A stretch of 64,000 bases of DNA from a virus. Its lineage: Duplodnaviria; Caudoviricetes. The DNA is taken from positions 13,056 through 77,055 of the IMG/VR virus record IMGVR_UViG_3300027753_000007; one strand, written 5' to 3'. Position numbers and translations under genes: made by a program. Below are positions 43,268-52,374 of this stretch, one piece after another (position 1 is the first letter of the stretch; each line of letters opens with the position of its first letter). Under the pieces are notes generated by a model, which was given only the letters and a program-made list of their open reading frames with translations, searched no databases and was not told the origin of the DNA.

Positions 43268-44314
43268 TTACTGGTCGTCTCTCCAGTCCCAGTATTCATC
43301 GTAAGCATCCTGAGATGCATACTGACCATTATCATCGTAACGATAGCGACCTTGGCTATCTCTGTAGACCGCACGAGGTTCGTTAGCCGCCTGCGAGTCA
43401 TTGTAGGCACGATACGCTTCGCTGCTCGCATACTGACCACTGTCAGAGTAGCGGTACTGTCCGTAATCGTCTACATACACTTCTCGAACAGAAAGCGTTT
43501 CGTCATCTACGTCATCCTCTTCATCCTCGTAATCATCTTCATAATCGTCTTCGTAATCGCCCCAAGACGTGTCAACCACATCTTCAAACGCATCTTCGTA
43601 CTCGTCGCCGCCGTCGTAGTCGCTAGTGTGTTCACCAATAACCTCATAGCGCCATGTGCGACCCTTTGAGTTGTTGTAATCCGAAGGGATGGACACCACA
43701 TCAGCGGGGTTAATCTTGAGAATCATTACACGCTCACCGCCAAAAGACTTGAGGTAGGAGATAGAGCAAAAATGCAAGCCCTGCGAGCAGGTGCGATCCT
43801 TGTCTTCATCCACCTCGTTCCGAGCCATAGAACACACCTGGCCTACGCTATTGTCAAACGTGCCACTGTAAACGTCCTTATAATCCCTGCGAACTTTCTT
43901 GTAGGCGAGGAAGTGACCGTCGGGCGTAATGGGCAGGTTGCAAACTTCCAGGAAGCCATAAAGCTCGTCCACTGCGCGCTTCGAAGGATTCTTCTTCAAA
44001 TTGTGCAGGAAGTTGACTAGCGGCTCAACAGGGAAGTCGTCTTCCAGCATACGCAGCAACCGATCTGTCAGCGCATTGTGGAAGGGCTTACCATCCCAAT
44101 AAACATCGCCATTCTTCACCTCAAGGAGACCTTGGGCATAGTTAGCGAGTTGACGGGTCAGATCGACAAGGTCAGGAATCGCATCCCAATCCTGTGCCTT
44201 TATGGCATTTACGATCTGTTCAAACTTCGGATGCAGACCACGCTTGATAATGTGGTGAGTGTTCTCAATCACAATCGTCAGTGTGTCTTCATCAACCAAA
44301 ATATACGGAAACAT
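43268..44314 (-). CDS. rIIB: rIIB-like protein
   Basis: NPSKRAVDELYGFL, PITPDGHFLAYKKV, TCSQGLHF, INPADVVSIPSDY..KGR..RYEV; follows rIIA. Confidence 0.92.
   Translation of the reverse strand: MFPYILVDEDTLTIVIENTHHIIKRGLHPKFEQIVNAIKAQDWDAIPDLVDLTRQLANYAQGLLEVKNGDVYWDGKPFHNALTDRLLRMLEDDFPVEPLVNFLHNLKKNPSKRAVDELYGFLEVCNLPITPDGHFLAYKKVRRDYKDVYSGTFDNSVGQVCSMARNEVDEDKDRTCSQGLHFCSISYLKSFGGERVMILKINPADVVSIPSDYNNSKGRTWRYEVIGEHTSDYDGGDEYEDAFEDVVDTSWGDYEDDYEDDYEDEEDDVDDETLSVREVYVDDYGQYRYSDSGQYASSEAYRAYNDSQAANEPRAVYRDSQGRYRYDDNGQYASQDAYDEYWDWRDDQ
43301..43480 (-). repeat. Duplicated 23-aa motif in the rIIB acidic tail
   Basis: VYVDDYGQYRYSDSGQYASSEAY (43412-43480) and VYRDSQGRYRYDDNGQYASQDAY (43301-43369). 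Confidence 0.85.
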
Positions 44315-44341
44315 CTTTACTCTCCTGTGTGCATTGTGTAC

Positions 44342-44370
44342 ATTATAGCACCATATTGTGCCGTTGTCAA
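44342..44370 (-). promoter_or_regulatory. Sigma70-type promoter for rIIB
   Basis: TTGACA-17-TATAAT. Confidence 0.85.
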
Positions 44371-44380
44371 GTAGTATTTA

Positions 44381-46660
44381 CTACCTGTTGTCAATCATCT
44401 TCACATAATCAATCATTAGTTGCCATTTGTCTTTCCCAATGCGATTGTAGTAATCGTTGCCCAACTTGACCACACTCAACATTGGGTATTTGGTTTTTAT
44501 CTTATCTACCAACTTCTCCACGGCCACTTCGTTTGAGTCCAGGCTATATTTGTCAAAGTTCTTCTTGGGGAAGAGCTTGCGCATTGAAGCAAGGATGTTA
44601 TTGAAGCGGGATACTGCGGTCCGCATTGCGGCATCATTCTTCTTTGCGTCGCGGCACTCCAAATACATAGTAGCCAACTGTCCAAAAGAAGTATTTGGGC
44701 TAACCGCTACATAATTCTCTAATGCCTTGACTGAGACATTTGTAAAATCGACCAAATCAATAATCTGTGACCTGTTCTCTACGAGCAGGGCAGCATTGCG
44801 AAGCTTGTTCCAATCCAGCTTGTCAAACTTAGCTTCAATATAATCGAAGAAGTTTTTCCAATCCGTCTTTTCCTGGATAGCCTTTGTGGACGTCTTCAAC
44901 ACACCGTAAAGGTGGTCTGTCAAATTGAATCCACACAGTTCCTGGACTACGTCCTTGTATGTCTCTACAAACCCTTCCGCGCTATAGCTGTGGTTTTCAC
45001 CAACAATAGTCTTATTCATCAGCGGCACATAAAGGAATGTCGTATCAACTGACGGCTCAAGATCGGCAAAATCATCTTCTGCCTTAACTAGTGTCCACAT
45101 CCTTGAACCATAGCGACCGTTGTCCCTTTGTTCAAAATTCAAAACACCGATCTGTCTCTCGATCTTGCCGGCTGCGCCTTTTACGTTTCCAGGCATGTCG
45201 CTGGTTCTAAAAACTTGGCTTGCATGCGGACGACCAAGCATCTTCAATGCCTTCTTGAACGCCGCTTCAGGATCAGCCTTCTTATCAGTGGGCTTTATAA
45301 CCACAAATTCCATTCCGCGCATCTTCGGGAACATTTTTGCGTTATATGCCGCCTTAATCCTGCGGTTAGCATCGCCAACGCCATCATGCAGAACAACATA
45401 CGTCTCCGCTGGGCACCAAACGAGGCAACCAGATGTGTTTTCAAAATACTGTGCACCGTTGTTGCTCATCCGCAGACCATCACCGTTGCGTGAACTGATG
45501 TGGTGGATTTGGTTGCTAACAAACCTCAGATCAGGAAACTTCTTGATAAGGGTCGGGTACTCAATACCTGCCTTATAGTCCGTGTAACCGATCTTAGACA
45601 TGCTGTCAACCTTCTTGGGGTTGTCCTGTATCCAGCGTATAATGGCTGGCCTAAAGAAGTCCGCGTTCGTTGCCATCAATTCGTTAAAAAGTACACCACG
45701 TTCCCACGGGGACTTCTTTGTCTTCAGTTTTTCTTCGAGGTAGACGACCAATCCTGCGAGGATTTCCTCGCCCTTGCGTTCCAGCGTCTTCTTTGTCAGC
45801 GGAACGTAACTCAACTCTTCCCTCGAAGCAGCAATGTCCAGTTCGCCAATTTCAAATTCAATCGCTACGCCAAGGTTGTCGTAAACATTCTCCAACTCCT
45901 TGCTGAGGTTTGCGTTTTTGGCGTTGATCGGATAGGCCACGTTACCCATAACCGCCACAGAGTCGGGGCGGCTCCAGCTACTCTCCGGCTTCAAAATATG
46001 CACGCCAGGAACAATGTTTTCCTGCGAGTATTCTTGCTTCTCTACTGTAAGATCTACACCCTCAAAAGTTGGGGTGACCTTGAACCATTTGAAGACGCCC
46101 CGTGCTTCGCGTTCAAAATAGCGCACATCGTCGCGCTCTACGGGGAAGGACACCTCTACGCCGTTGCCTTCGGTTGTCTTTTCTTCGGTCAACCGCGCAA
46201 TGTTTGGGATGCCTTGGTCGCCAATAAAGGCGCTGTAAACCCGCTTCATGCCATCCTTAATGGCTGTGACACTGAAGTTGGTCGTGTAAGAGAAAGGTGA
46301 CTTGCTACCAAGACCCATGCAGCCCACAAAATCGTTGCTGTCTTGCTTGGTGCTTTCAAAATAGGTTGTGTAGATGTTGATAACGCCGTCATTATCCAGA
46401 CCAACACCGTAATCACGGATGCTGAGGGTCGGGTTCAACCTCGTAGGAAGGTGAACAGTGAACGGAACGTCTGCTTTGCCTGCGGCAACGTGACTGTCAT
46501 AAGCATTACAGCCCAGCTCTCGCAGGATTGCTTGGTACTTATTGGAGTACAGGCCGCTGGATAGGATCGAAAACGCCTTTGCGGAGTTCTTGATGCGGAA
46601 CTCGCCTTGGGTTTGCAGCCCACTTGTCAATACGGGAGTCGATTTGACTTCTAACTTCAT
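44381..46660 (-). CDS. rIIA: rIIA-like protein (GHKL ATPase N-domain)
   Basis: LSSGLYSNK..AILRELGCNAYDSH, IRDYGVGL, GCMGLGSKSPFSY, VMGNVAYP, SREELSY. Confidence 0.93.
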   Translation of the reverse strand: MKLEVKSTPVLTSGLQTQGEFRIKNSAKAFSILSSGLYSNKYQAILRELGCNAYDSHVAAGKADVPFTVHLPTRLNPTLSIRDYGVGLDNDGVINIYTTYFESTKQDSNDFVGCMGLGSKSPFSYTTNFSVTAIKDGMKRVYSAFIGDQGIPNIARLTEEKTTEGNGVEVSFPVERDDVRYFEREARGVFKWFKVTPTFEGVDLTVEKQEYSQENIVPGVHILKPESSWSRPDSVAVMGNVAYPINAKNANLSKELENVYDNLGVAIEFEIGELDIAASREELSYVPLTKKTLERKGEEILAGLVVYLEEKLKTKKSPWERGVLFNELMATNADFFRPAIIRWIQDNPKKVDSMSKIGYTDYKAGIEYPTLIKKFPDLRFVSNQIHHISSRNGDGLRMSNNGAQYFENTSGCLVWCPAETYVVLHDGVGDANRRIKAAYNAKMFPKMRGMEFVVIKPTDKKADPEAAFKKALKMLGRPHASQVFRTSDMPGNVKGAAGKIERQIGVLNFEQRDNGRYGSRMWTLVKAEDDFADLEPSVDTTFLYVPLMNKTIVGENHSYSAEGFVETYKDVVQELCGFNLTDHLYGVLKTSTKAIQEKTDWKNFFDYIEAKFDKLDWNKLRNAALLVENRSQIIDLVDFTNVSVKALENYVAVSPNTSFGQLATMYLECRDAKKNDAAMRTAVSRFNNILASMRKLFPKKNFDKYSLDSNEVAVEKLVDKIKTKYPMLSVVKLGNDYYNRIGKDKWQLMIDYVKMIDNR

Positions 46661-46692
46661 CTTTTCTTCCTCTGTTCTCAGTGTGTAATTAC

Positions 46693-46752
46693 ATTATACA
46701 AGAAGATATGCCATTTGTCAAGAACTAAATCACCTTATATATCAACTACTTA
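46693..46752 (-). promoter_or_regulatory. Sigma70 promoter (46693-46721) with IHF-like box at 46740
   Basis: TTGACA-17-TATAAT; TATCAACTACTTA; shares TCAAGAACTAAATCACCTTATATATCA with the 48056 promoter. Confidence 0.8.
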
Positions 46753-47041
46753 TCGACTTTCTGTGCAGATTTCGGACTGCTGTGACCTCACAAGCCGCAA
46801 ATCTCGCGGTTGCAGCAAGGGATTTTTTGTCAATTACGTGTTCAGACCAACCATCATGCATATTCAATTGTATGTTGTTATTGAAGTGTTTTGGTATTAA
46901 TTCTATGTAATCAAGATTCCCCAAATTAGATTGGAACAATAATTTGTCTACAAATCCAGTCACGGTGGCAATTGCTTCTGTTTTCTCGTTCGCTTCCACA
47001 AAGAATTGTAAGTGCTTGTTCGTGACGTAAAAAGTTTTCAC
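46742..47041 (-). CDS. Hypothetical protein
   Basis: Likely GTG start at 47041 overlapping the upstream TGA. Confidence 0.55.
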   Translation of the reverse strand: MKTFYVTNKHLQFFVEANEKTEAIATVTGFVDKLLFQSNLGNLDYIELIPKHFNNNIQLNMHDGWSEHVIDKKSLAATARFAACEVTAVRNLHRKSISS

Positions 47042-47400
47042 TTGTCGTGTTTCTCCAACACGGTCAAAATATCTCGGGCAAGCTCGTACTGACTCTCGCA
47101 AGTAGCCATACTGACTAATTCCTTCAACGGAATGATGATTGCTTCCCGTGCCAACACATCACGGGGGCTAACAGCCCCAATGCCTTCTTGTTCCAGCACC
47201 CTATATTCTTCTGAATTATGGGATTCCACATCATAGCCACTCAACACAGAACACTCTATCCTGTGTCCTGCCATTACATCCTCAACTGCGTCTTTCGCTT
47301 CTTTCAAGCCCAGACCAGTTAACTGACGGAGAGCCTTAATCGCAGCAACCTTATTGGTCGTTCTCCTGCCGTGTATTGGGTAGAGTGTAATGTTGCTCAT
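47038..47400 (-). CDS. Ribosomal protein bL12 C-terminal-domain-like protein
   Basis: NKVAAIKALRQLTGLGLKEAKDAVE matches the L7/L12 KVxVIKxVRxxTGLGLKEAKDLVE motif. Confidence 0.8.
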   Translation of the reverse strand: MSNITLYPIHGRRTTNKVAAIKALRQLTGLGLKEAKDAVEDVMAGHRIECSVLSGYDVESHNSEEYRVLEQEGIGAVSPRDVLAREAIIIPLKELVSMATCESQYELARDILTVLEKHDK

Positions 47401-47711
47401 GCTTCTTTCCTGTACCAGCCTCTGGTAAATGTGTATCCTTCGCTCTCAAGGGCCCGTGCCATGTTGTCTCGACCAACGGGATTAGCCGTGACCAGGTAAA
47501 CGTTTGGTGGCAACAAATTGCGCTTGATTGCCCAATTCAAAATTGTGTAACCTGTTGCCTCAGGTTCACCAAGATCATGATCTAGGTAGAGGTGAGTCAA
47601 CACACCCTCATGCTGCATAAGTGCCAAACAGGCGTCGGTGCTGGTTCGAGCAATGTCGTCCATGCCCTCTGGTTCGCGCAGGTCGTCAATCAGCAAATGA
47701 AATTCCTTCAT
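47397..47711 (-). CDS. Stand-alone receiver-like domain (cyclic-phosphate-processing receiver-like)
   Basis: LLIDDLREP, LYLDHDLG, TGYTILNW, TANPVGRDNM. Confidence 0.75.
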   Translation of the reverse strand: MKEFHLLIDDLREPEGMDDIARTSTDACLALMQHEGVLTHLYLDHDLGEPEATGYTILNWAIKRNLLPPNVYLVTANPVGRDNMARALESEGYTFTRGWYRKEA

Positions 47712-48028
47712 TCTCCTCTCCTCGGAATAGCGTTAGCCGCTGCTTCGTCCCAGTCTACAAACCGTGCCATCAAAAAGGCTTCCACAGCCTCAACACTGTC
47801 AAAAATGTCAGTGCCAGTGCGATTGCTTGTGACCACAATATATCTAGGTCCCCAAATCATCACCTCGCCGTCGAGGGTGCGGGCTTTGCAAAAAGATAGG
47901 GTGCGGACCATCTTGCCATTAGCAAGCTTTGTCGCCTCGCCTCCACCTAACACGCCATAAACCTCATTCAGTCCATTGTCGTTTAGGAAGCCTTCAAGGC
48001 GGTCCTGTAAATCGCTACGTGCGCTCAT
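47708..48028 (-). CDS. Hypothetical early protein
   Basis: First gene after a sigma70 promoter; AAGGA RBS. Confidence 0.7.
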   Translation of the reverse strand: MSARSDLQDRLEGFLNDNGLNEVYGVLGGGEATKLANGKMVRTLSFCKARTLDGEVMIWGPRYIVVTSNRTGTDIFDSVEAVEAFLMARFVDWDEAAANAIPRRGE

Positions 48029-48055
48029 GTGTGTATCCTTTGTTTCAGTGTCTAT

Positions 48056-48084
48056 ATTATACTAAAAGATGAACCAAAAGTCAA
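48056..48084 (-). promoter_or_regulatory. Sigma70-type promoter
   Basis: TTGACT-17-TATAAT. Confidence 0.8.
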
Positions 48085-48112
48085 GAACTAAATCACCTTA
48101 TATATCAGTAAT

Positions 48113-48454
48113 TTAGCTCTCGCCATCAACTTTTTGCGCCTCATTCCACATCTTTTCAACATGCGCGTAGTCAGGATGCTCGGGAAGGATAAAGAGAAAT
48201 CCGTCCTCGAACTGATGGAGGACGCAAGAATGCCATCCCTCCAATCCATCATGCAGGCGCTGCGCCCAGTTAATCGTCTCACCGTGGTTGAGAAGCCAAA
48301 GTGTGTCTGGGTCATTGTGATCCTGGCCCATTCCCCACTGCCAGTACGCATCGCCACCAAACTTGACGGGGCGCGGGTCCTTACCCTTCCACACTGAAAT
48401 CTCAGTGAAGTGGTGGTCAAACTGGGTAAACTTCATCTTGAACGGTGCGGGCAT
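48113..48454 (-). CDS. Hypothetical early protein
   Basis: AAGGA RBS, follows a sigma70 promoter. Confidence 0.7.
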   Translation of the reverse strand: MPAPFKMKFTQFDHHFTEISVWKGKDPRPVKFGGDAYWQWGMGQDHNDPDTLWLLNHGETINWAQRLHDGLEGWHSCVLHQFEDGFLFILPEHPDYAHVEKMWNEAQKVDGES

Positions 48455-48483
48455 CTGTATGTCCTTTGCTTTACCATACCTAT

Positions 48484-48582
48484 ATTATACGATAAGATGA
48501 ATCAAATGTCAAGAACAAAAAGCCCTTGCAAATCAATGACTTACAAGGGCCCGAAAATATGTGTATGGTAATCAGTAACTTA
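48484..48582 (-). promoter_or_regulatory. Sigma70 promoter (48484-48512) with IHF-like boxes (48531, 48570)
   Basis: TTGACA-17-TATAAT; AATCAATGACTTA and AATCAGTAACTTA. Confidence 0.8.
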
Positions 48583-48690
48583 CGTCACCGACTAATTGTA
48601 TCTTTTTAGCTAAATTTCAGTATGAAAAGCACCAAAAATACGTTTGCAAGTGTAATACCAGCCGCAGCTATTATACCAGCAATCTCTTCT

Positions 48691-49128
48691 TTAGTCATTC
48701 CCTGAAAGGTCTCTCTCATAAACCTCTTCATCGTATCCTCCTGTGTTATACTCTTTTAAATCTTCAATCATTTGCTGCTCTGCAACAACCTCAGGGCGTG
48801 TTAAAGAATCGGCTTTTTTCATATAGCCTGATTTCCTTGGGTTGGAACAATATCTACAGTATCGTCTGCATGGGCATTTCCACGATTGTTTGCGGAAGCT
48901 GCCGACTTTCTCTTTTGGGAACACCTCGTCGTATGTGTCGTATTCCCAACGATTAACCTCTACACCCTCTCCAGCTAAATCATAATAAAAACGATATTTT
49001 AATGCTCGTTTTGTGCGCAAATGTCTACGCGGATCATAAAACGTATAACGATTATATTGTATCTCTAATCGTATCTGTTTTTGCTGATACTTGGTCGTAA
49101 GGTATCTTCTCTGCTCTCTCTTTTCCAC
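48691..49128 (-). CDS. Basic hypothetical protein with Cys cluster
   Basis: KCPCRRYCRYCSNPRK; GGAGG RBS. Confidence 0.7.
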   Translation of the reverse strand: MEKREQRRYLTTKYQQKQIRLEIQYNRYTFYDPRRHLRTKRALKYRFYYDLAGEGVEVNRWEYDTYDEVFPKEKVGSFRKQSWKCPCRRYCRYCSNPRKSGYMKKADSLTRPEVVAEQQMIEDLKEYNTGGYDEEVYERDLSGND

Positions 49129-49204
49129 AGTGCCTCCATATTCCCAAATTGTCCGCCGCTCTTAACGGCGTTACATGGGCTTAGTTAGCATGTGGCATTC
49201 TCCT

Positions 49205-49474
49205 TTACTTAATTATAAGTGTATTTATTACATCTATATTACTGTCATAAATTCTTGCAGTAATAACATGACCTTGCATTTTATCTACTACTGTTAAAGA
49301 CAATTTTTCACCGTCTAAAACAACATTATACACTAGTTTATCCTTCCCGTCAACCGAAATTACAACAAATTGTCCTTTTTGCAGTGTTACACCTGTATCG
49401 TACGTGTAATCCGCAAAAACTGGGAAAGATAAGAGTAACATTAAGATTGCGGCTAATCCTTTCATCTTTTTCAC
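49205..49474 (-). CDS. Small secreted protein
   Basis: Signal peptide MKKMKGLAAILMLLLSFPVFA. Confidence 0.7.
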   Translation of the reverse strand: MKKMKGLAAILMLLLSFPVFADYTYDTGVTLQKGQFVVISVDGKDKLVYNVVLDGEKLSLTVVDKMQGHVITARIYDSNIDVINTLIIK

Positions 49475-49627
49475 TCCTATGTCTGTATCTATCTATGTAT
49501 TTATCGTTCCTTGATAAATAACTGCGCAGAAGCAATAATTCTGCTTGGTAAGCCTGTTTTTCGCGAGGCAGACGACCACCAATTCATAATGCAATGTCGC
49601 ATTATGATACAAGATAAGGAAATTAAA

Positions 49628-50248
49628 ATGGGACGTCCATTAAATAAGAAGTTTTTCGGTGCTCCTGGCTCCGGATATGAAGTTGTGTGTTTGGCTGACG
49701 TAGGTGCTGGCAGTGTAACATCGTATATTGTAGAGCAGCGTTCAAACAGCAAATATCGTGTTGCAGAAGTTGCTACACCAGCTAATACCGCAATTTGCAA
49801 ATTAGTTGATGCAACCCCAGCAGCAACTGGTGAAATGCAAGTTTTGGTAACACCAGAAAATGCCGTAACACCTCTACAGGCTACTGTAACGTTTACGGCC
49901 GCTGGTGGAACAGGTGCACTAGCAACAGTAGCGATTGCTGAGGCTGGTTATGGTTACTGGACTGCTGGCACAAACGTGGCTATCGGTGGTACCTCAGATG
50001 GTACTATAAACTATACAGTAGCTAACGGTTCACTAGCAACAGTTTCAATTAATACTGCTGGTACAGCAAATACAAATGCTACAGTTGATATTGCTGATGC
50101 ACCAGCTGCTAATCCACCAACCCAATCGGCACGTATTATTAATGCTCACCAGGTTAAAACCTTTGAAGGTAATACATATGTGTGGCCAACCAATTCCCCA
50201 CTAGGTGGCGCTCGTGGTGACTATCCAGAAGCTGATATCGGTAGCTAA
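49628..50248 (+). CDS. Probable virion structural protein
   Basis: Late promoter ATAAATA at 49514, AAGGA RBS, start MGRPLNKKFFG; Thr/Ala/Gly-rich. Confidence 0.7.
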   Translation: MGRPLNKKFFGAPGSGYEVVCLADVGAGSVTSYIVEQRSNSKYRVAEVATPANTAICKLVDATPAATGEMQVLVTPENAVTPLQATVTFTAAGGTGALATVAIAEAGYGYWTAGTNVAIGGTSDGTINYTVANGSLATVSINTAGTANTNATVDIADAPAANPPTQSARIINAHQVKTFEGNTYVWPTNSPLGGARGDYPEADIGS

Positions 50249-50272
50249 AGAACTTAGCTAAGTTGATAATGG

Positions 50273-50300
50273 AAAGCCCCTTAATTGGGGCTTTCTTTTT
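50273..50300. terminator. Bidirectional terminator
   Basis: AAAGCCCC-ttaatt-GGGGCTTT then a T tract. Confidence 0.8.
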
Positions 50301-51375
50301 ATAGTAATTCCAGTATTTCTAATAATGAATCGTCATCTCGGCGGCGCGATTCTAACGTTATATCATACTTGGTCGTGAGGAATGGATTCTCAGTTGAGGA
50401 TAAGATGTCCGAAATAATTACATCGTCATCGTGTGTAATAATGAAGTTACCAAAATCAAAGAACTCTTGTTTGGATTTTCCACCAAACTTAATAATTCCG
50501 TCAGGCTCATAGGAGTATACTGTAACTGGTTTTGCTTGCTGTACATCTTTATACAGCTTGATAAATTCGCTGTCTCCAACAGGCTCTGTCTTTGGTACCT
50601 TTGGAAGTGTCTTGATGAATTGGTACTTGCCAGGTACGAACGATACTAGTGAACGACCTCCGACGGTGATTGTATTCTCGAAGAACGCCTCAGAACTGTA
50701 TACATAGGTGTGGCGTATTGGACGACGGTGAACTGGTTTGCGAGCTGGTGTGCCTTTACCGCCGCGACCCGTGCCTTCACCTGCTGTAAAGATAACAGTA
50801 GTGTCACCACCTGTAATAAGGTTGCCATTGGAATCATAGGTTCTAGTAGCAGTGGTTAGTGTCTCACCACCAATAATAATATTGCCACTGGAGTCATAGT
50901 TCCTAGTAGCAGTAGTTAGTGTATCGCCACCAATAATGATTGGGCCAGTGGATACGTAGTCCTTGGTAATAGCAACCAGCGTCTCGCCGCTAATAATAAT
51001 GATACCAGAGGAGTCATACGTAATATCTGCTTCGACCGTAGCCGTGCCACCCATTGTAATATCGGTGCCTGGCGGTACTGGGACTAGGAGCGGTTCTAGG
51101 ACACCTTGTACACCAACTGTTAGTGGGGTTGCCCAATCTAAGGCACCTTGTGTGGCTAGGGTTAGTGAATCTGCTAATGCAAAGCCACCTGCTCCTGTTG
51201 CTTCAGGATAAACGTAAATCGTAGGATCGGTTACCGATATCCAGCTATAGGTTGATGTGCCGCTAGCGGTTAGACCGCCGGATGTTGTGTACGAATACGT
51301 GCTTGGTGGTAAGGCGCCCGATGCACCAATGCTTGTGCCGGAGCCAGTAGGAAATGAACCAATGCCCGTAGACAT
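50299..51375 (-). CDS. Probable virion protein with internal 20-aa repeats
   Basis: Thr/Gly-rich; located in the late structural cluster. Confidence 0.65.
   Translation of the reverse strand: MSTGIGSFPTGSGTSIGASGALPPSTYSYTTSGGLTASGTSTYSWISVTDPTIYVYPEATGAGGFALADSLTLATQGALDWATPLTVGVQGVLEPLLVPVPPGTDITMGGTATVEADITYDSSGIIIISGETLVAITKDYVSTGPIIIGGDTLTTATRNYDSSGNIIIGGETLTTATRTYDSNGNLITGGDTTVIFTAGEGTGRGGKGTPARKPVHRRPIRHTYVYSSEAFFENTITVGGRSLVSFVPGKYQFIKTLPKVPKTEPVGDSEFIKLYKDVQQAKPVTVYSYEPDGIIKFGGKSKQEFFDFGNFIITHDDDVIISDILSSTENPFLTTKYDITLESRRRDDDSLLEILELL
50794..51018 (-). repeat. Four tandem 60-bp (20-aa) repeats
   Basis: Y(D/V)SxGxIIxxGxTxxxxTxx units: YDSSG, YVSTG, YDSSG, YDSNG spaced 20 aa apart. 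Confidence 0.85.
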
Positions 51376-52367
51376 TATACGTGTCCTAGACCAGCGTTAA
51401 GTGCTGGACTTCCTGAGCCTAAGCGGTAGTCGTGGTTTGCCTTGTCCACAAACAATGGATCACCAACAACGTTATGAGCACCAATACCATAATCGTGATT
51501 TGCATCTACATTATGGTATGTGCAATCTATCGGCACTGTCACGTTATGTGTAAGATTATAATCAATAGTGACTACAGCTGGAGTTGCTGTCCAGATGCCA
51601 GAATTGTAATCTGTTATAATATTGTTAAAAGCAACACAACCAGCGCCGCCCATATATATAGCAGTTGCAACAGTATCTAATGAGCCATCAAAAACATTGT
51701 GGTAGGCGCACCCTATATATGCAGAAACAGTATTGGTTCCTAAGGAATTATAAAATATAGAATATTGCATAGTTCCTGCACTTGATATTTCTGCACTAGA
51801 GGCTGTGTTGCTATGCACTGTACAACCGTATATTAACGAAGTCGAATTATTAATCGACAACGTTGTTGTTGTGGTGTTATATGCGACAATAGTATCAACC
51901 AATGCACAACTTATTCCATTCATACGTAAGGCATTAGTACCAACACCATTTATAATTTCGCAATTATATATTCTTACATAATTTAAACTATTAAATTCTA
52001 TACTAGTGCCTGTTGCACCATCAATAATAAAATTATGAATATGATTTCCAGAGCCCGCAGTAAGTCCATAAAACCCGTTAGTAGTAGGTGTTATTGTAAC
52101 TTTTCCGTTGTCGTTTGGCGTTGTTGTATAACCCACAAAAGCAATGCCGCGACCCGTGTTTCCTACGCCAGCGTTAGCCTTCAATACAACGTCTTCGCTG
52201 TATGTTGTGCTGGCCTTTACGTATGTTCTATCGAATGGGGCTGAACCGTTTCCAGCGGTCATTGTGTCTGCGGCTTTTTGTATGGTGGCCCAAGCGTTAC
52301 CTGCGCCTTCAGCTAATCCAGTGTTACCGTCGTTTCCTACTGCTCCATCTACATAGTATGTTGTCAT
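51375..52367 (-). CDS. Right-handed beta-helix (pectin-lyase-like) protein
   Basis: YYVDG..GND.N.G..AWATIQKA start, Asn-ladder repeats, GDPLFVD...DYRL..GSPA end. Confidence 0.75.
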   Translation of the reverse strand: MTTYYVDGAVGNDGNTGLAEGAGNAWATIQKAADTMTAGNGSAPFDRTYVKASTTYSEDVVLKANAGVGNTGRGIAFVGYTTTPNDNGKVTITPTTNGFYGLTAGSGNHIHNFIIDGATGTSIEFNSLNYVRIYNCEIINGVGTNALRMNGISCALVDTIVAYNTTTTTLSINNSTSLIYGCTVHSNTASSAEISSAGTMQYSIFYNSLGTNTVSAYIGCAYHNVFDGSLDTVATAIYMGGAGCVAFNNIITDYNSGIWTATPAVVTIDYNLTHNVTVPIDCTYHNVDANHDYGIGAHNVVGDPLFVDKANHDYRLGSGSPALNAGLGHV

Positions 52368-52374
52368 AGTAGCA

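Noticed and set aside
43001-43440. 85-aa and 123-aa ORFs between or overlapping rIIB and prlC
   Set aside because: No clear SD, atypical composition, one overlaps rIIB out of frame; the region is better explained by RNA structure
49511-49627. Longer start for the plus-strand structural gene, and likewise 55244-55390 for the macrodomain gene
   Set aside because: The first overlaps the late promoter and the second overlaps the upstream gene; internal ATGs at 49628 and 55243 have better initiation context
50794-51018. Diversity-generating retroelement template/variable repeat
   Set aside because: Tandem in-frame coding repeats with non-adenine-specific differences; no reverse transcriptase in the window
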